DNA of 64,000 nt from Marsupella aquatica (lineage: Eukaryota; Plantae; Marchantiophyta), in assembly GCA_973895155.1 (NCBI GenBank), contig OZ316891.1, forward strand, positions 6,295,708 to 6,359,707, given 5' to 3'. The translations under genes were made by a program, and so were the position numbers. The notes beneath the pieces were generated by a model. That model did no database searches and was not told where the DNA came from. It saw nothing but the letters and a program-made list of their open reading frames with translations. Within the stretch, counting starts at the first letter, position 1. The number at the start of each line of letters is the position of its first letter. Shown piece after piece: positions 51,122-61,560 of this stretch.

Positions 51122-51273
51122 TAGGCTAGTTCCTATAGTAAAATAAAGACGATCGTGGCCCACTAGGCTAGTTCTTATAAATCCCCCTTATAGTAAAATA
51201 AAGACTATGGAGGCCCCCTAGGCTAGTTCTTATGAAGCCCCCTTATAGTAAAATAAAATGATCGAGGCCCCCC
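51122..51273 (+). repeat. ~55-bp tandem repeat, 3 copies, just upstream of the CRE fragment
   Basis: TAGGCTAGTTC(C/T)TAT...TATAGTAAAATAAAGAC(G/T)AT(C/G)GAGGCCCC repeated; related motifs at about 52832-52859 and 52972-53000. Confidence 0.85.
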
Positions 51274-51361
51274 AGCAGGTTTTTGTTTTAAGTGTTTTGT
51301 TTTTTCGCCAGAGTGGCAACTGTTCAGTGTGTAGAGGAAGAGAAGATCTCAAGATATTACG

Positions 51362-52640
51362 GAGGATCGACCTTTTTTACTTTCGTCTCTCATGGAGGTC
51401 GAGGAGGGTTCCCTCCCATTTCAGGTTCATTTGCGCACGGTGCGGTCATCATTACCCGATCCTGTTCGAGCTGCGTTACCTTCATTCCAGGAGTTTTTAT
51501 CCTTGGACCCTGTCCGTCTTCAGGCAGACCTTGCTGGGCGTATGCACGCTTTCACCCTTTCCAGCATCCTCACCGAGGCACCTGACATGGACCGAGCTCG
51601 GATTCTTTCTTCCGGAGGGAACGGCGCAGGAGGCTGGCTTCACGCCAATCCAGTCATTCCTCACCTGCAGATGTCTTCAGCGGAGTTTGCGACAGCCATG
51701 CGTCTTCGTATGGGCTTGCCCCACCCACTTCTTGCTGGTTTACCTCCTACTTGCACTTGTGGGAAGCCTTGTGATGCCACAGGTGTCCATCTTCTTCGAT
51801 GCAGTTTGGGCGGCGAAACCATTTTTGTTCACGACGCTGTGAGAGATGCGACTGCTCAGGTTCTCTCTGGCTCTTTGGTCTGCGCGCGGCGGGAGGTGGT
51901 GCTCGAGTTACCTGGTCCTCCATCACAGCGGTTACGGGTGGATCTTACCATGGTCCGTGAAGGTCACCGTACTTTGGCAGATGTAGTGGTGGCAAACCCA
52001 TTGCGCCAAGACATCATTGGGACAGCGGCAACAACGGCAGGGGCAGCAGCATCACGAGCAGCAACAACGAAGGAGGCCAAATATGTTGCACGAGCTTCAT
52101 CTGATAGCTTCCTGCCCCTTGCTCTTGAGATATTTGGGCGTCTCCATCATTAGTTTGACGGGATTCTTCGCCAAGCTGCTCGGGATGTTCACGGCCGGAT
52201 GGGTCCCATCGGGCCCCCGCTATCTGTTTTGACCACGCACTTTCGCCAACGCATTTCAGTCACCTTACAGCGTGCTCAAGCTCGGGCTGTCTATCATCGA
52301 TCTCTGACAGTGGGTGCTAGTGTGACTCCGCAGCGGCTAGCCCCCCTAGAGGATATTCCTATCCCACTTGCCGATCTAGTTTTGACACTTGATATAGACC
52401 ACTAGCTTGTTGTCACTTTTGCTAGGTATGTTGAGGACCTCGGTCCATTTGCGGTAGTTTTAGTTCCTCTTTCTTGGTTTTTAGGGGTTTTCTTTTGCTC
52501 ACTTCTTTTAGTTCCTTTTTCTTGGTTTTTAGGGTTTCCTTTTGCTCACTTCTTTTGCGTTTGGTTTTGTCCACTTGGGACCTCTCTTGTTTATTCTTTT
52601 GTACTCTATTTGGCCTTTTTCTGTAAAAAGTATGTGTATA
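51362..52640 (+). mobile_element. 5'-truncated CRE-clade (restriction-like endonuclease, RLE) non-LTR retrotransposon, degenerate
   Basis: ORF 51392-52153 continues in frame past one TAG (52151-52153) into ORF 52199-52405. Motifs RARILS..GAGGWL.ANP, EFATAMRLRMG, zinc knuckle CTCG..CD..GVHLLRC..HDAVRD, RLE core RVDL..ADVVV..KEAKY..FLPLALEIFG, and RQRISVTLQRAQA. A T-rich 3'UTR follows. No RT catalytic domain is present. Confidence 0.8.
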
Positions 52641-52671
52641 TTCCACATTATGTGATTATTTTCATGACAAC

Positions 52672-52960
52672 CAGATTTCCCTGGATTTAAGAGTAACATT
52701 TAGATTCTGGTTAAAGGGGCCTGTGATTAGGTGAGACCCCCCCCTACCAACCAATTTTCGCCAAAAGTGGCGAAAGCCTTTTGGGGGGATGAAATTTGGC
52801 GAATTTTCGCCACTAAAAAAACGTCCTCTCCTATAGTGAAATAAAGACGATCGAGACCCTGACTAATGAGAAAGAAAAATACTAGCGAATTTTCGTCAAA
52901 AAGTGGCGAATGTTTTTTGGGGAGGTGGAATTTGGTGAATTTTCGGCACTAAAAAACGCC
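52672..52960 (-). repeat. Two further partial copies of the same terminal-repeat family
   Basis: TAAAGGGGCCTG.GATTAGGTG, AAAAGTGGCGAA...TTTTGGGG...AATTTGG.GAATTTTCG.CACTAAAAAAC occur twice and match 20308-20479. Confidence 0.75.
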
Positions 52961-53464
52961 CCCGCCCCCCTCTAGTGAAAGAAAGACGATCAAGGCCCCC
53001 TTTTGGTCTTTTGGTGGAGGGCAGTGATTCAGTCAAAAGGCGTTGAAAAGGCAGGGACGCACGTCGGCAGAGTCCGAGAAAGCAGGCGCGGGATGATGGG
53101 GCGTCGTCAGCCCCCAGTCCCCCACGGATCCATATCCACAAAAGCTATGACGGGGCGGCGATGGTGCGCGAGTGGGAGTGATTTAATTGCTGCTGTTGTT
53201 TGTGTGCGCCTCCCGTGCGTTCAGCGCGAATGGCCGCACGCACGGCGGGACCTCCAATCGCCTGCGACCTCGTCCGAGACATTGATTCCGTGCCCGTCCT
53301 TTCGTCCTCGTGATTAGGATTCGGTGACAGGATGTGAGATTGTGAGATCTGAGAACGGAGAACGAATCGATCCGGTTCAAGCGGCACGTCCGTGATTTCG
53401 TGCATGTCTCGACTGTGGTTGCATTTGAGAACTGAGAACTGGCAATGTGGTAGCATTTGAGAAC

Positions 53465-53706
53465 TGAGAACTGGGAATGGATTGGGGATGTGGATGATGT
53501 ACGAAGGCGGAAGAAATCAACCGGTTTCGAGCAGCATCAGTGAGCGCGGTTGAGACGAGAAATTCGTGTCACGGAGCTGCTTTATGATTTTGAGAACTGG
53601 GAATGGATTGGGGATGTAGATGATGTACGAAGGCGGAGGAACTCAACAGGTTTCGAGCAGCACCGGTGAGCGCGGTTGAGACGAGAAATTCGTGTCACGG
53701 AGCTGC
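53465..53706 (+). repeat. ~126-bp tandem duplication in the presumed leader/promoter of the 55872 gene
   Basis: TGAGAACTGGGAATGGATTGGGGATGT.GATGATGTACGAAGGCGGA...GAGACGAGAAATTCGTGTCACGGAGCTGC at about 53465 and 53591. Confidence 0.9.
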
Positions 53707-54117
53707 AGCGGCGTCGTTGAAGAGAAGAAAATGAAAGATTCGCTTAGAAGTGGGTGTAGTGGAGAAGATTGAGACGAACAATTCGTGTGAAGTAGGAGCA
53801 GCGCGCGGTCGAGGAGAACAAATCGTGTGAAGGACTGTAGCAGCAGCAGCGGTTGAGCACCAGAATTCCCTGGTATCGACGACTGACTGCGTCGTGAGGT
53901 GAGGTGCCGGGTGGCGAATGACTGATTGTCTGATTTGATAGCTGACTTGTGAACGGAGCAGCGATTGCTAGAAACGAAGTGGCGGTGGACGAGCAGAGGG
54001 CGAATCCCCGTGTCTGATCCGATCACCGAGTCATGATGATGAGCATTTCCGCTGTTTGAGCTCGAGAATTGATTTCGCGCGGATCGAAGAAGGCAGACGG
54101 ATGGACAGACAGTCAAG

Positions 54118-54892
54118 GTATGTGTGTACTGTATGGTGTACTGTCAATGCGTGGCTCCCGGTGTCAGCGTTCATCAGCTGCAGAGCTGCGCTCGCTCCCT
54201 GCGTTTCGCGTTCCTCGGATCCTGTTAATTGCGTGCGCTAGGGAACGTTTTGTACCGCGGTAGTCAGGCGTAATGGTCTTGCAGTGCAGGGGTAGTGGGT
54301 AGTCAGTGCTGTGCGGACCGCGGACTGGAGCGGAGCACTGGGACTGGATAATTGAGTGAAACTCGCAAACGCTTCTCTCAGAATGATGATTAGGTCTCCC
54401 CGGCACCTATTAACTGCACATGTCTGAAGTATTTCAGCGCGGGCAACTGGAACTGGCATCTTTTTCTCTCTACCCTCCTCCATCCCAGCAATTGTGCGAA
54501 CTTGCACCACATAGACGTTCAGCCGTTCACAATTATTAGTTTATTAAAGCAGGAACTAACAATGTACCGATCACTTCATTCTTTACGCGCAGAGAGAGCT
54601 TGTTTTATATTTTTTAGGACAGGACAGTACGCCTTCCGTTCTCTCTCTTGCTTGCTTACGTTGGTGGCCTTTGAATTGCGTTGCGGCAACCGTGCCTCCG
54701 TCCTCCCCCGCCCGCCCGGAATGGGGGCCTGGCAGATTCTTGGTCTCCTCTTAGAAATTTCCAATGCACAAGTGCAATGAAGCATTGTCGGCGATTGTCG
54801 TCAACGTGCGATTTGCATCTTATCTGGTTGGTCTTGTTTCCGTTCCTCGTTTCATGCTTCATGTGATGGTGATCCGTCTATTCTCGCTTCAG
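54118..54892 (+). other. Probable 5'-UTR intron of the 55872 gene
   Basis: Strong donor CAAG/GTATGT at 54118 and pyrimidine-rich acceptor TTCTCGCTTCAG ending at 54892, downstream of a GC-rich promoter/leader-like region (about 53000-54117). Confidence 0.5.
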
Positions 54893-55871
54893 GCTTTTCT
54901 CGCAACAGTTGGGAGAACTCTGAGGAGTGACATAAAAAATTCTCGTGGATGATTAGAACTGAAAGTTGTCTAGTACTGGACATGGTTATGGAGAGGAACA
55001 AGGCTCGTTTCTGGGGTTCTTTATTTTGTACTTGTCCTTGTCATTCAGTACACGTTACTTTAGACTGTAAAAGCAGATGCGGATGTTACTTTTGAGGACG
55101 GATGGTTGCAGAGGTTAGTATGGTCCTTCCTGGCTACAGAAATTTAGTGCTGGCTTCCACTAACTCGCGTTCGTGTTCCAGCTCGTACAAAGTCGCCATC
55201 CATGGTGGGGACAGTGGATGCACGAGAAGGGAAGAATGGTGAAAAGTTCCCGCAATTGTTGTCATCGATTTGTTTTGAGAGCCATCTCTTCTTTCGGTGA
55301 GAGGAGTGCTTGATCGGATTTGCTTGCGACCATGAGACATGACCCACCCGAGGATTAGTTGATCGGATTGGGGGCTTCGTCTGGTGAAGGGATGATTCGA
55401 TGGGATCGGCTCGGGACCAGGGGAGTCTAGCTACCAGAAATTATCCTCTTATACTGCATTGTGTACTTCTTTTGGTGGAGGGAGAATTTGATCAGGTTGG
55501 CTTGCGAGCAGGAGAGTCTAGATAGCGAAGAACCACGGAACTCGGATATTAGTGGGGATGTGTCAAAATTGTGGTCGATTGTCTCATCACTGTTACAACT
55601 TATGAAGCTCGTCAAGAGTGTGAAGTGTGGGCAGACTGGCGAGCTCGTTTAGCTTTAGGTTTGGTGACGCTTGCCACAGCTGGGAGGCTCAGCCCGGTTT
55701 TATTACATCGGTGCGGAGGAAGGGGCAACAGATTCTCCATTTGGGCGAGGAATTATGTGACACCTTTAGAGTGGTCCGGCTTTCACTTGCCAACGAGGCA
55801 GTTGTGAATTCGTTGCGACGATATCATATCGCGAAAGGACGTTACGAAAAGGGTTACTATCAATTTAATCG

Positions 55872-56871
55872 ATGGCGACTGCGGGAGCTCCTCCGGCATT
55901 TCCTTCTCCAGATGATTGTTGTTCTCCGAAGCACCATAATCAAACTCTGAATGCTGTCTCGTTCGGATTCATCGCTACTGCAGTGCTCTTTGCTATGTTT
56001 TTGATCATGGCCATATTCGAAAGAGTGTTACGACCTCACCGGGCCTTCCAGTCTCGCAATAATGTCATAGATCAAGAACAAGCCGAAATGCCAACCCCCG
56101 GGCCATCAGATTCTCAGAAGCCTGAGCTTCGGCATGTAAGTTTGGCGCTGCATAACTTTTCCCCCTGACTTCAAATTCGATCGTTGATTGTATTTCGATG
56201 TCTCTCTCTGTCCGTGTGCGGATTTTGAGGTGCCCGTTTGACACTCAGCTATGTAACGCATTCGCTTGAGACTGCTCACCTGGACTCTCATTTTCGTGGG
56301 CTGAATCTTTAAATGCAAAGCTAGACATCTGCACCATGAAGAGCCCAAAGAACTTAGAAGAAGGCCTCAATTCATCTAGAGTTGAATACATTTTCCATAG
56401 GTTTCTTTTGGACGTGGAAGCTGAGCCCCACCCGATTTCCCAGACCATGTATCCGCTTACTTTATGTGATGTGAACTAAGTAGTGCGTCAACATGTTTTC
56501 AAATTGTTCAGAGGCATGTAGTTTTATTTTCCGGCTATCTCAAACACTCTCGCTTTTGATTTCAGGTGAATAGCTATTCGAGGTCAGTCTCGGTTCTCAT
56601 GCCAGGACATGACTATCCAACTTACTTTGCAAGGCTGATCCCGGCGCCTTTGGCCCCAGAAGGCGTCGATTGGCCTTCGCATGCCGAATCTTCTCAGCAT
56701 GACGCAATAGCCTTGCAAGATTCTTCAAGCAAGACGGTAGCTCTCCCTGGCGTGGATGTCACGAATTTGAGTGAGAAAGGGGCAACATCACGGTTAGGCG
56801 ATGCAATGATCGTCAAGGATGGCAGAGAGAAAGGGACTTCGTCTGAGAACAGCGGTACTTCGTCTAGGTGA
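55872..56871 (+). CDS. Plant single-pass membrane protein of unknown function with C-terminal SVLMPG-x-PTY motif (At5g65660/GDU-like architecture), 189 aa
   Basis: Exons 55872-56135 (CAT/GTAAG) and 56566-56871 (TTTCAG/GTG). TM segment NAVSFGFIATAVLFAMFLIMAIFERVLR followed by SVSVLMPGHDYPTYFARLIPAP; both match my recollection of a conserved family of plant uncharacterised proteins. Confidence 0.85.
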
Positions 56872-59359
56872 CGACGGTGCATCGACAGATTGTACAGTGC
56901 TGCTTCTTAAGTTTGGGAGTAGCAGATCACATGGTGTTTCAGGGGTATGTACAGTTTTGGAAGAAATGGCCTACATTATTGGCGTTACTTCCCCAGGACT
57001 TTGAGCTATTGACTTTTTCACCCCTCCAATTTCTAACGAGTCCTCATTGTGTGGACTAGCTATTGAAGAAACTGGAAGGTTTGAGAGGTTCCCAGGGTTA
57101 AAGCCCTGTGATGGGGTTGGCAAAACCAGTTCTGTGATCGTTCTCAATAGAGCGAACATAACAATTTTACACACATCAATTGACTGAGACTACACATCGA
57201 GAATAGATGGTGTACAGATTGTCCTCTTTATTTTCCCCGTTTTCTCCGTGAAGAGAATCGAACAGAAAGCTTAAGAAATGAACTCAGATCAATACCGCAG
57301 AGGGAGGGAGAGATGAACCTTAATACCTCACATCCCCGCGGATAAACGAGACAATTCAAATACAGAGAATTGAACGGGAACTCCTTACAACGGAAAACCG
57401 AGAACTCTTAAAACACTGACACGTGGTGAGTTCAACGACTTACACCCGTGGCAGTTTACACGAGTAAAGTAAAACCGGAAACTCTTAAGAAATGACACGA
57501 GGAGTGCAGACAATCACCCGCGGCATTTTACATGAGAAATAAGTAACCGAAGAAACTCTAACGACAGATAGCAGTCGATCAGAAGAGAAGACAGATCATC
57601 CTGTCACAAGTTCGAAGAGAAGACAGATCATCCTGTCACAAGTTCCCTAGGTGGAGGCCGGAGGATGAGGCGTCTCTAGACTGCTTTTCTGTAGTCGTGG
57701 ATTTTCCTGCTACTGCGGCTGCTTTCTCGGGGTGCAAACTGATTGCGACCTGACGAAGAGTTGAATTTCTCGCTCGAGGAATTGAGACAAGCTCCTCCTA
57801 CAGCACCCGATACACTCGAGCTTAGCCGCAGCCGGCGTCTCCATTTTTATCTCGAAGGGTGCTGAAGATGAAAGTTTGCTTGAGATATGCACACGAGCAG
57901 CACATATATTCCCGATCACTATGATTTCTGGAGCGGAGCACATATATTCCTGGTCACTATGATTACGGTCAGATGCTCGCCGACATTAAAACTCTTTCGT
58001 CCCGTCAAAAATGGTCATGCTCCGCAAACGAATGTCCTTTTTTGTCTTTCGAGCTTTGAGCTGAACCTTTCACCATGCTATTTCCTGAGGAAGAATTCGT
58101 TCCAAATGTATCTTCAGGAGCAGGATCTGGATAGTACCGGATGTCTACTCTTTTGGACACCATCTGAAGGAAGCAGTCGTATGAGGATGTGATACTTTCG
58201 AAAGAGCAGTTGGGATTCGCAGACATTTCAAGACTAAATGTTACAGTGGAGTCTCCGTTGTCCTCAAGGTGTATCTGCCCCACTTGTAGGTCTTCAGCGT
58301 GTGAACAGAGCTATCTTTCTTCATCAGCAGGAATTGATTGTGAGACGTTTCATAGGCGGAATGAAACACTTGGTCATGTTAAAGAGAAAAAGGGAGTGAT
58401 TGATTCTCTATCAAGCACTGTAAAGGTTGCTTGATACTCACAGTTCTACTAGGAGTGTCATGACGACAGTTGTTTGACTTAGCCGACACATTCTGCTCAT
58501 GTCTCGACACTAGAAATGTTATGCATTATCCAGGAAGAAGAATCAGTGTACAAGTCCTTTCTCTAGGTGAAGAATCGGACCGTAGGAGTGCTTTCTGTAG
58601 AAGAAGATGTAGACTTCAGGAGTCCTTAGAGCGAGTCCAGGTGCACCACACAGGAAACTCTTCATTTCCTCCTTTCAAGAGGAGACCTCACATGAACATT
58701 GTAGACTTCAGAGTTCCTCATTCAGAAAAAGAGTCCAGAATACAATACCTAGGACACTCATTTAGGAGTCCCGATTTCAAAGATGCCCTGTGAACCCTCA
58801 CATGTCGAGGATTTTTAATGGGCCGACACTAATTCAAGGACTAGTCAGTGAATCTTGAATCTTGAAACATACACACTACGATCTATACTAGTAGCATTGT
58901 ACATTTGTAGCAACTTGCTTTGTACCGTGTTGAAAGGATGATTTGAGAGAACCCTTCCGTTCGATGAAGCAGACCTGTTTTACAGCACGAATGATTGGAT
59001 TCCCACTGGGCAGAGGTTTTCTATTGAGGTCAGCATGATGAAACACCACCTAAATGTGTGGTGGCATGATTCCAGAGACCGGACAGCACACTCTTCGTCT
59101 ATCACTTTTCGGCTTCGACATGGTCCCTCTCCAACAAGTCCCTTCTCTTAGAGTCCATCTCCAGCTGGTATTGGTCACCAAAATTCCACCTTAGATGCTT
59201 TTCCGTGTCCCTTCACCACATATATATATATATATATAACCTTTCCTGTTTTGTTCCTTTCTACTGTGTCTCGTGTCGTTGCAAGACGTGTTGGGCACTC
59301 CTAGGCAAAACAAGCACTCTACATCCTTTTCTTGGGTCCACTCCTTACGATGTAGGATT

Positions 59360-60090
59360 GGAAATACCATACCTGTATGGCCCCCATTCTTGTAATGCAA
59401 ATTGCACAGTTGTTCCACTCATTGTAAGGTTCAGGTTTAGTTTCAGAAGGAATAAAAAGAAGCAATGGGTAGACACCATACTTGAATGGCCCCCATTCTT
59501 GTAAAGCCAATTGCAGTCATTGCTATTCATTGTAATAAAGTTCAGATTTACTCTTGGAGGGATGAAAGGAAACAATAGGGCGTCCCAAACTTTCTCTCTC
59601 CCATTTTTTCCAGTCACCCGTTCTAAGAAATCTACGTCCTCGACCTAGAACAAAATTCAACTCACAAAATTCAACTCTTGGGTCAACTTAATCCACGGAG
59701 TTTCAGGTTGATAAGGGTTACAACATGCTCCCGTGGATCAGCTAGGTGCCGACTATTTTAGAATGGTTGTTCACAATTCTCGAAGGACACAAACTATTCT
59801 TGAGGGGCGCCAATGCATATTGCGTGTAACTTTTGGTGCAGATGGTGGTGCGCTGACCATCTGAGTTACTGATGGTCACCTATTTCGGGAACCACATTTT
59901 TTGGTTTGTGATCTGGCCTGCAACATTTTGGTCACTAGAAACCTCCCGGAATGAGCTGCTTTGAGATGTCTAATGGGTAGATACCATACCTTCATAGGCC
60001 CCCAATATTGTAAAGTCAACTGCAGTTGTTTCTACTGTTTACAAGGTCCAGATTTAATCTCAGATGGATTGAAAAGAAGCAATGAGCTCT
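59360..60090 (+). repeat. ~110-bp repeat, 3 degenerate copies
   Basis: ACCATAC....GGCCCCCA.T.TTGTAA...AA.TGCA...TTGTAA..GTTCAG.TTTA...GAAGCAATG at about 59365, 59475 and 59983. Confidence 0.7.
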
Positions 60091-60959
60091 TCTCGTCTTG
60101 TAAGGCCAAGGTCCAAATCTGATCTTAGAGGGGTTAAAATGATACAATGTGCTCGTGGTGTCTTGGAAAGCAAGACGGTTCATAAAGCCACCTTGAGATT
60201 CAAGTCAAATCTGGTCTGAGAGGCTTCAAGTTGGAAAGTATAAAGTAGGTAGTTGACTTCAATTGGGTTCCTTGTTAGGTTTTCAAGATTTCAATCTAGG
60301 GTGACTCATCAGTTGCATACCTCAACTATTCATGGAAATTATCCCTTCAGGGTTGGGGCTTACTTTCTTGCTACACCTCTGCTGTTTAGGGGAATTATCC
60401 CAAGTTGGGTTACTGTTCAATTGGCCATGATAGCTACTTGCCAGACTGGGTATTTAATAAAGGGAGAAAGTATTAAAAAAATTAAAAATATATACCCAGA
60501 AACCAAAACACCTAGGCTTGCACATGCTCTTCTTATTAAAAAAAGAGGTGTGGGCGACGTGTACAGTCAGGAAGTACATGAAATGCAAAATGTCTTCGTC
60601 CAGGTTTGAACTGGAGACCTTCAGTGTGTTAGACTGACGTGATGACCAACTACACCACGAAGACTTTCTGATTGCAGACATAATATTAAATTTAATATTA
60701 TTTTCGGCTTTTACTCAAAATTGTTGTCTCTCCGAACGATCAGTGACCATTGAAGAAGACTGTGAGCAATCGATAGCCATTGGATGTTGCGATCGATGAT
60801 CGGGACTGCTTAGTACTTTTCTCAGATTTCCAGATCCGTCGGTCAGGTTTTCTCTGCTAAGCTGCTGGATTTGGAGACAGCTCCCGGAAGCATTTTACTC
60901 AGGACCAGAATCACCGGCTGATGATGCTTTAAGGTGTATTTAGGAGCCAGTGTTGAAAA

Positions 60960-61560
60960 ATTTAGTACCTTCTTGATTGAGCAGCAGTGCTGAATCTAAT
61001 TTCACAATACAATGTTGGTGAGATCTTTCCCGAGGTTGGATAATTGGACACAATCCAGCCCATCTGTGATATTGGAGTGGTACAAACGTACAAACGAATG
61101 TCGGTGAAATCTTTCCCGAGGTTGGGCAATTGGACAGAGTGCAGCAATCTATGGATTATGGACTTAGCAGCTCCGGACGCAAACTTCAGAGACCGACTTG
61201 GTGTAGGCAATTAGACGGCATTTGACAGCAAATGTGATTGCAGGACAAGTTGGGAGCTCCGTCCAAACGAATGTAGGTGACATCTTTCCCGATGTTGGGC
61301 AATTGAACATAGTGCAGCAATGTATAGTTATGGACTTCAGCAGCTCTGGAAACAAACTTCAGAAACCGAATTGGTGCAGCAATCCATGATTGTGGACTTA
61401 AGCTGCTCCGGAAACAAACGTCATATTCCAATTGGTGCAGCAATCCATGATTGTGGACTTGAGCAGCTCCGGAAACAGACGCCAGAGACCGAATTGGCGT
61501 ATGAAATTTGACAGCATTAGACAGCACATGTGCTTTCAGGACGAGTTGGAAGCTCCGTCT
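60960..61560. repeat. Degenerate internal repeats, possibly relic LRR-coding sequence
   Basis: TCTTTCCCGA.GTTGG..AATTG.AC occurs three times and GTGCAGCAAT...T.TGGACTT...AGC.GCTC.GGA..CAAAC four times. Confidence 0.6.

Noticed and set aside
51258-51842. 194-aa plus-strand ORF overlapping the CRE ORF
   Set aside because: Alternative frame of the retrotransposon sequence with no motifs.
53003-54952. Many short ORFs in the GC-rich region
   Set aside because: Better explained as promoter, leader and intron of the 55872 gene; none has protein-like motifs.
57640-59210. Coding-looking minus-strand stretch (TVTFSLEMSANPNCSFES...RYYPDPAPEDTF)
   Set aside because: Many stops and no family I can recognise; it may be a gene relic but cannot be supported without a search.
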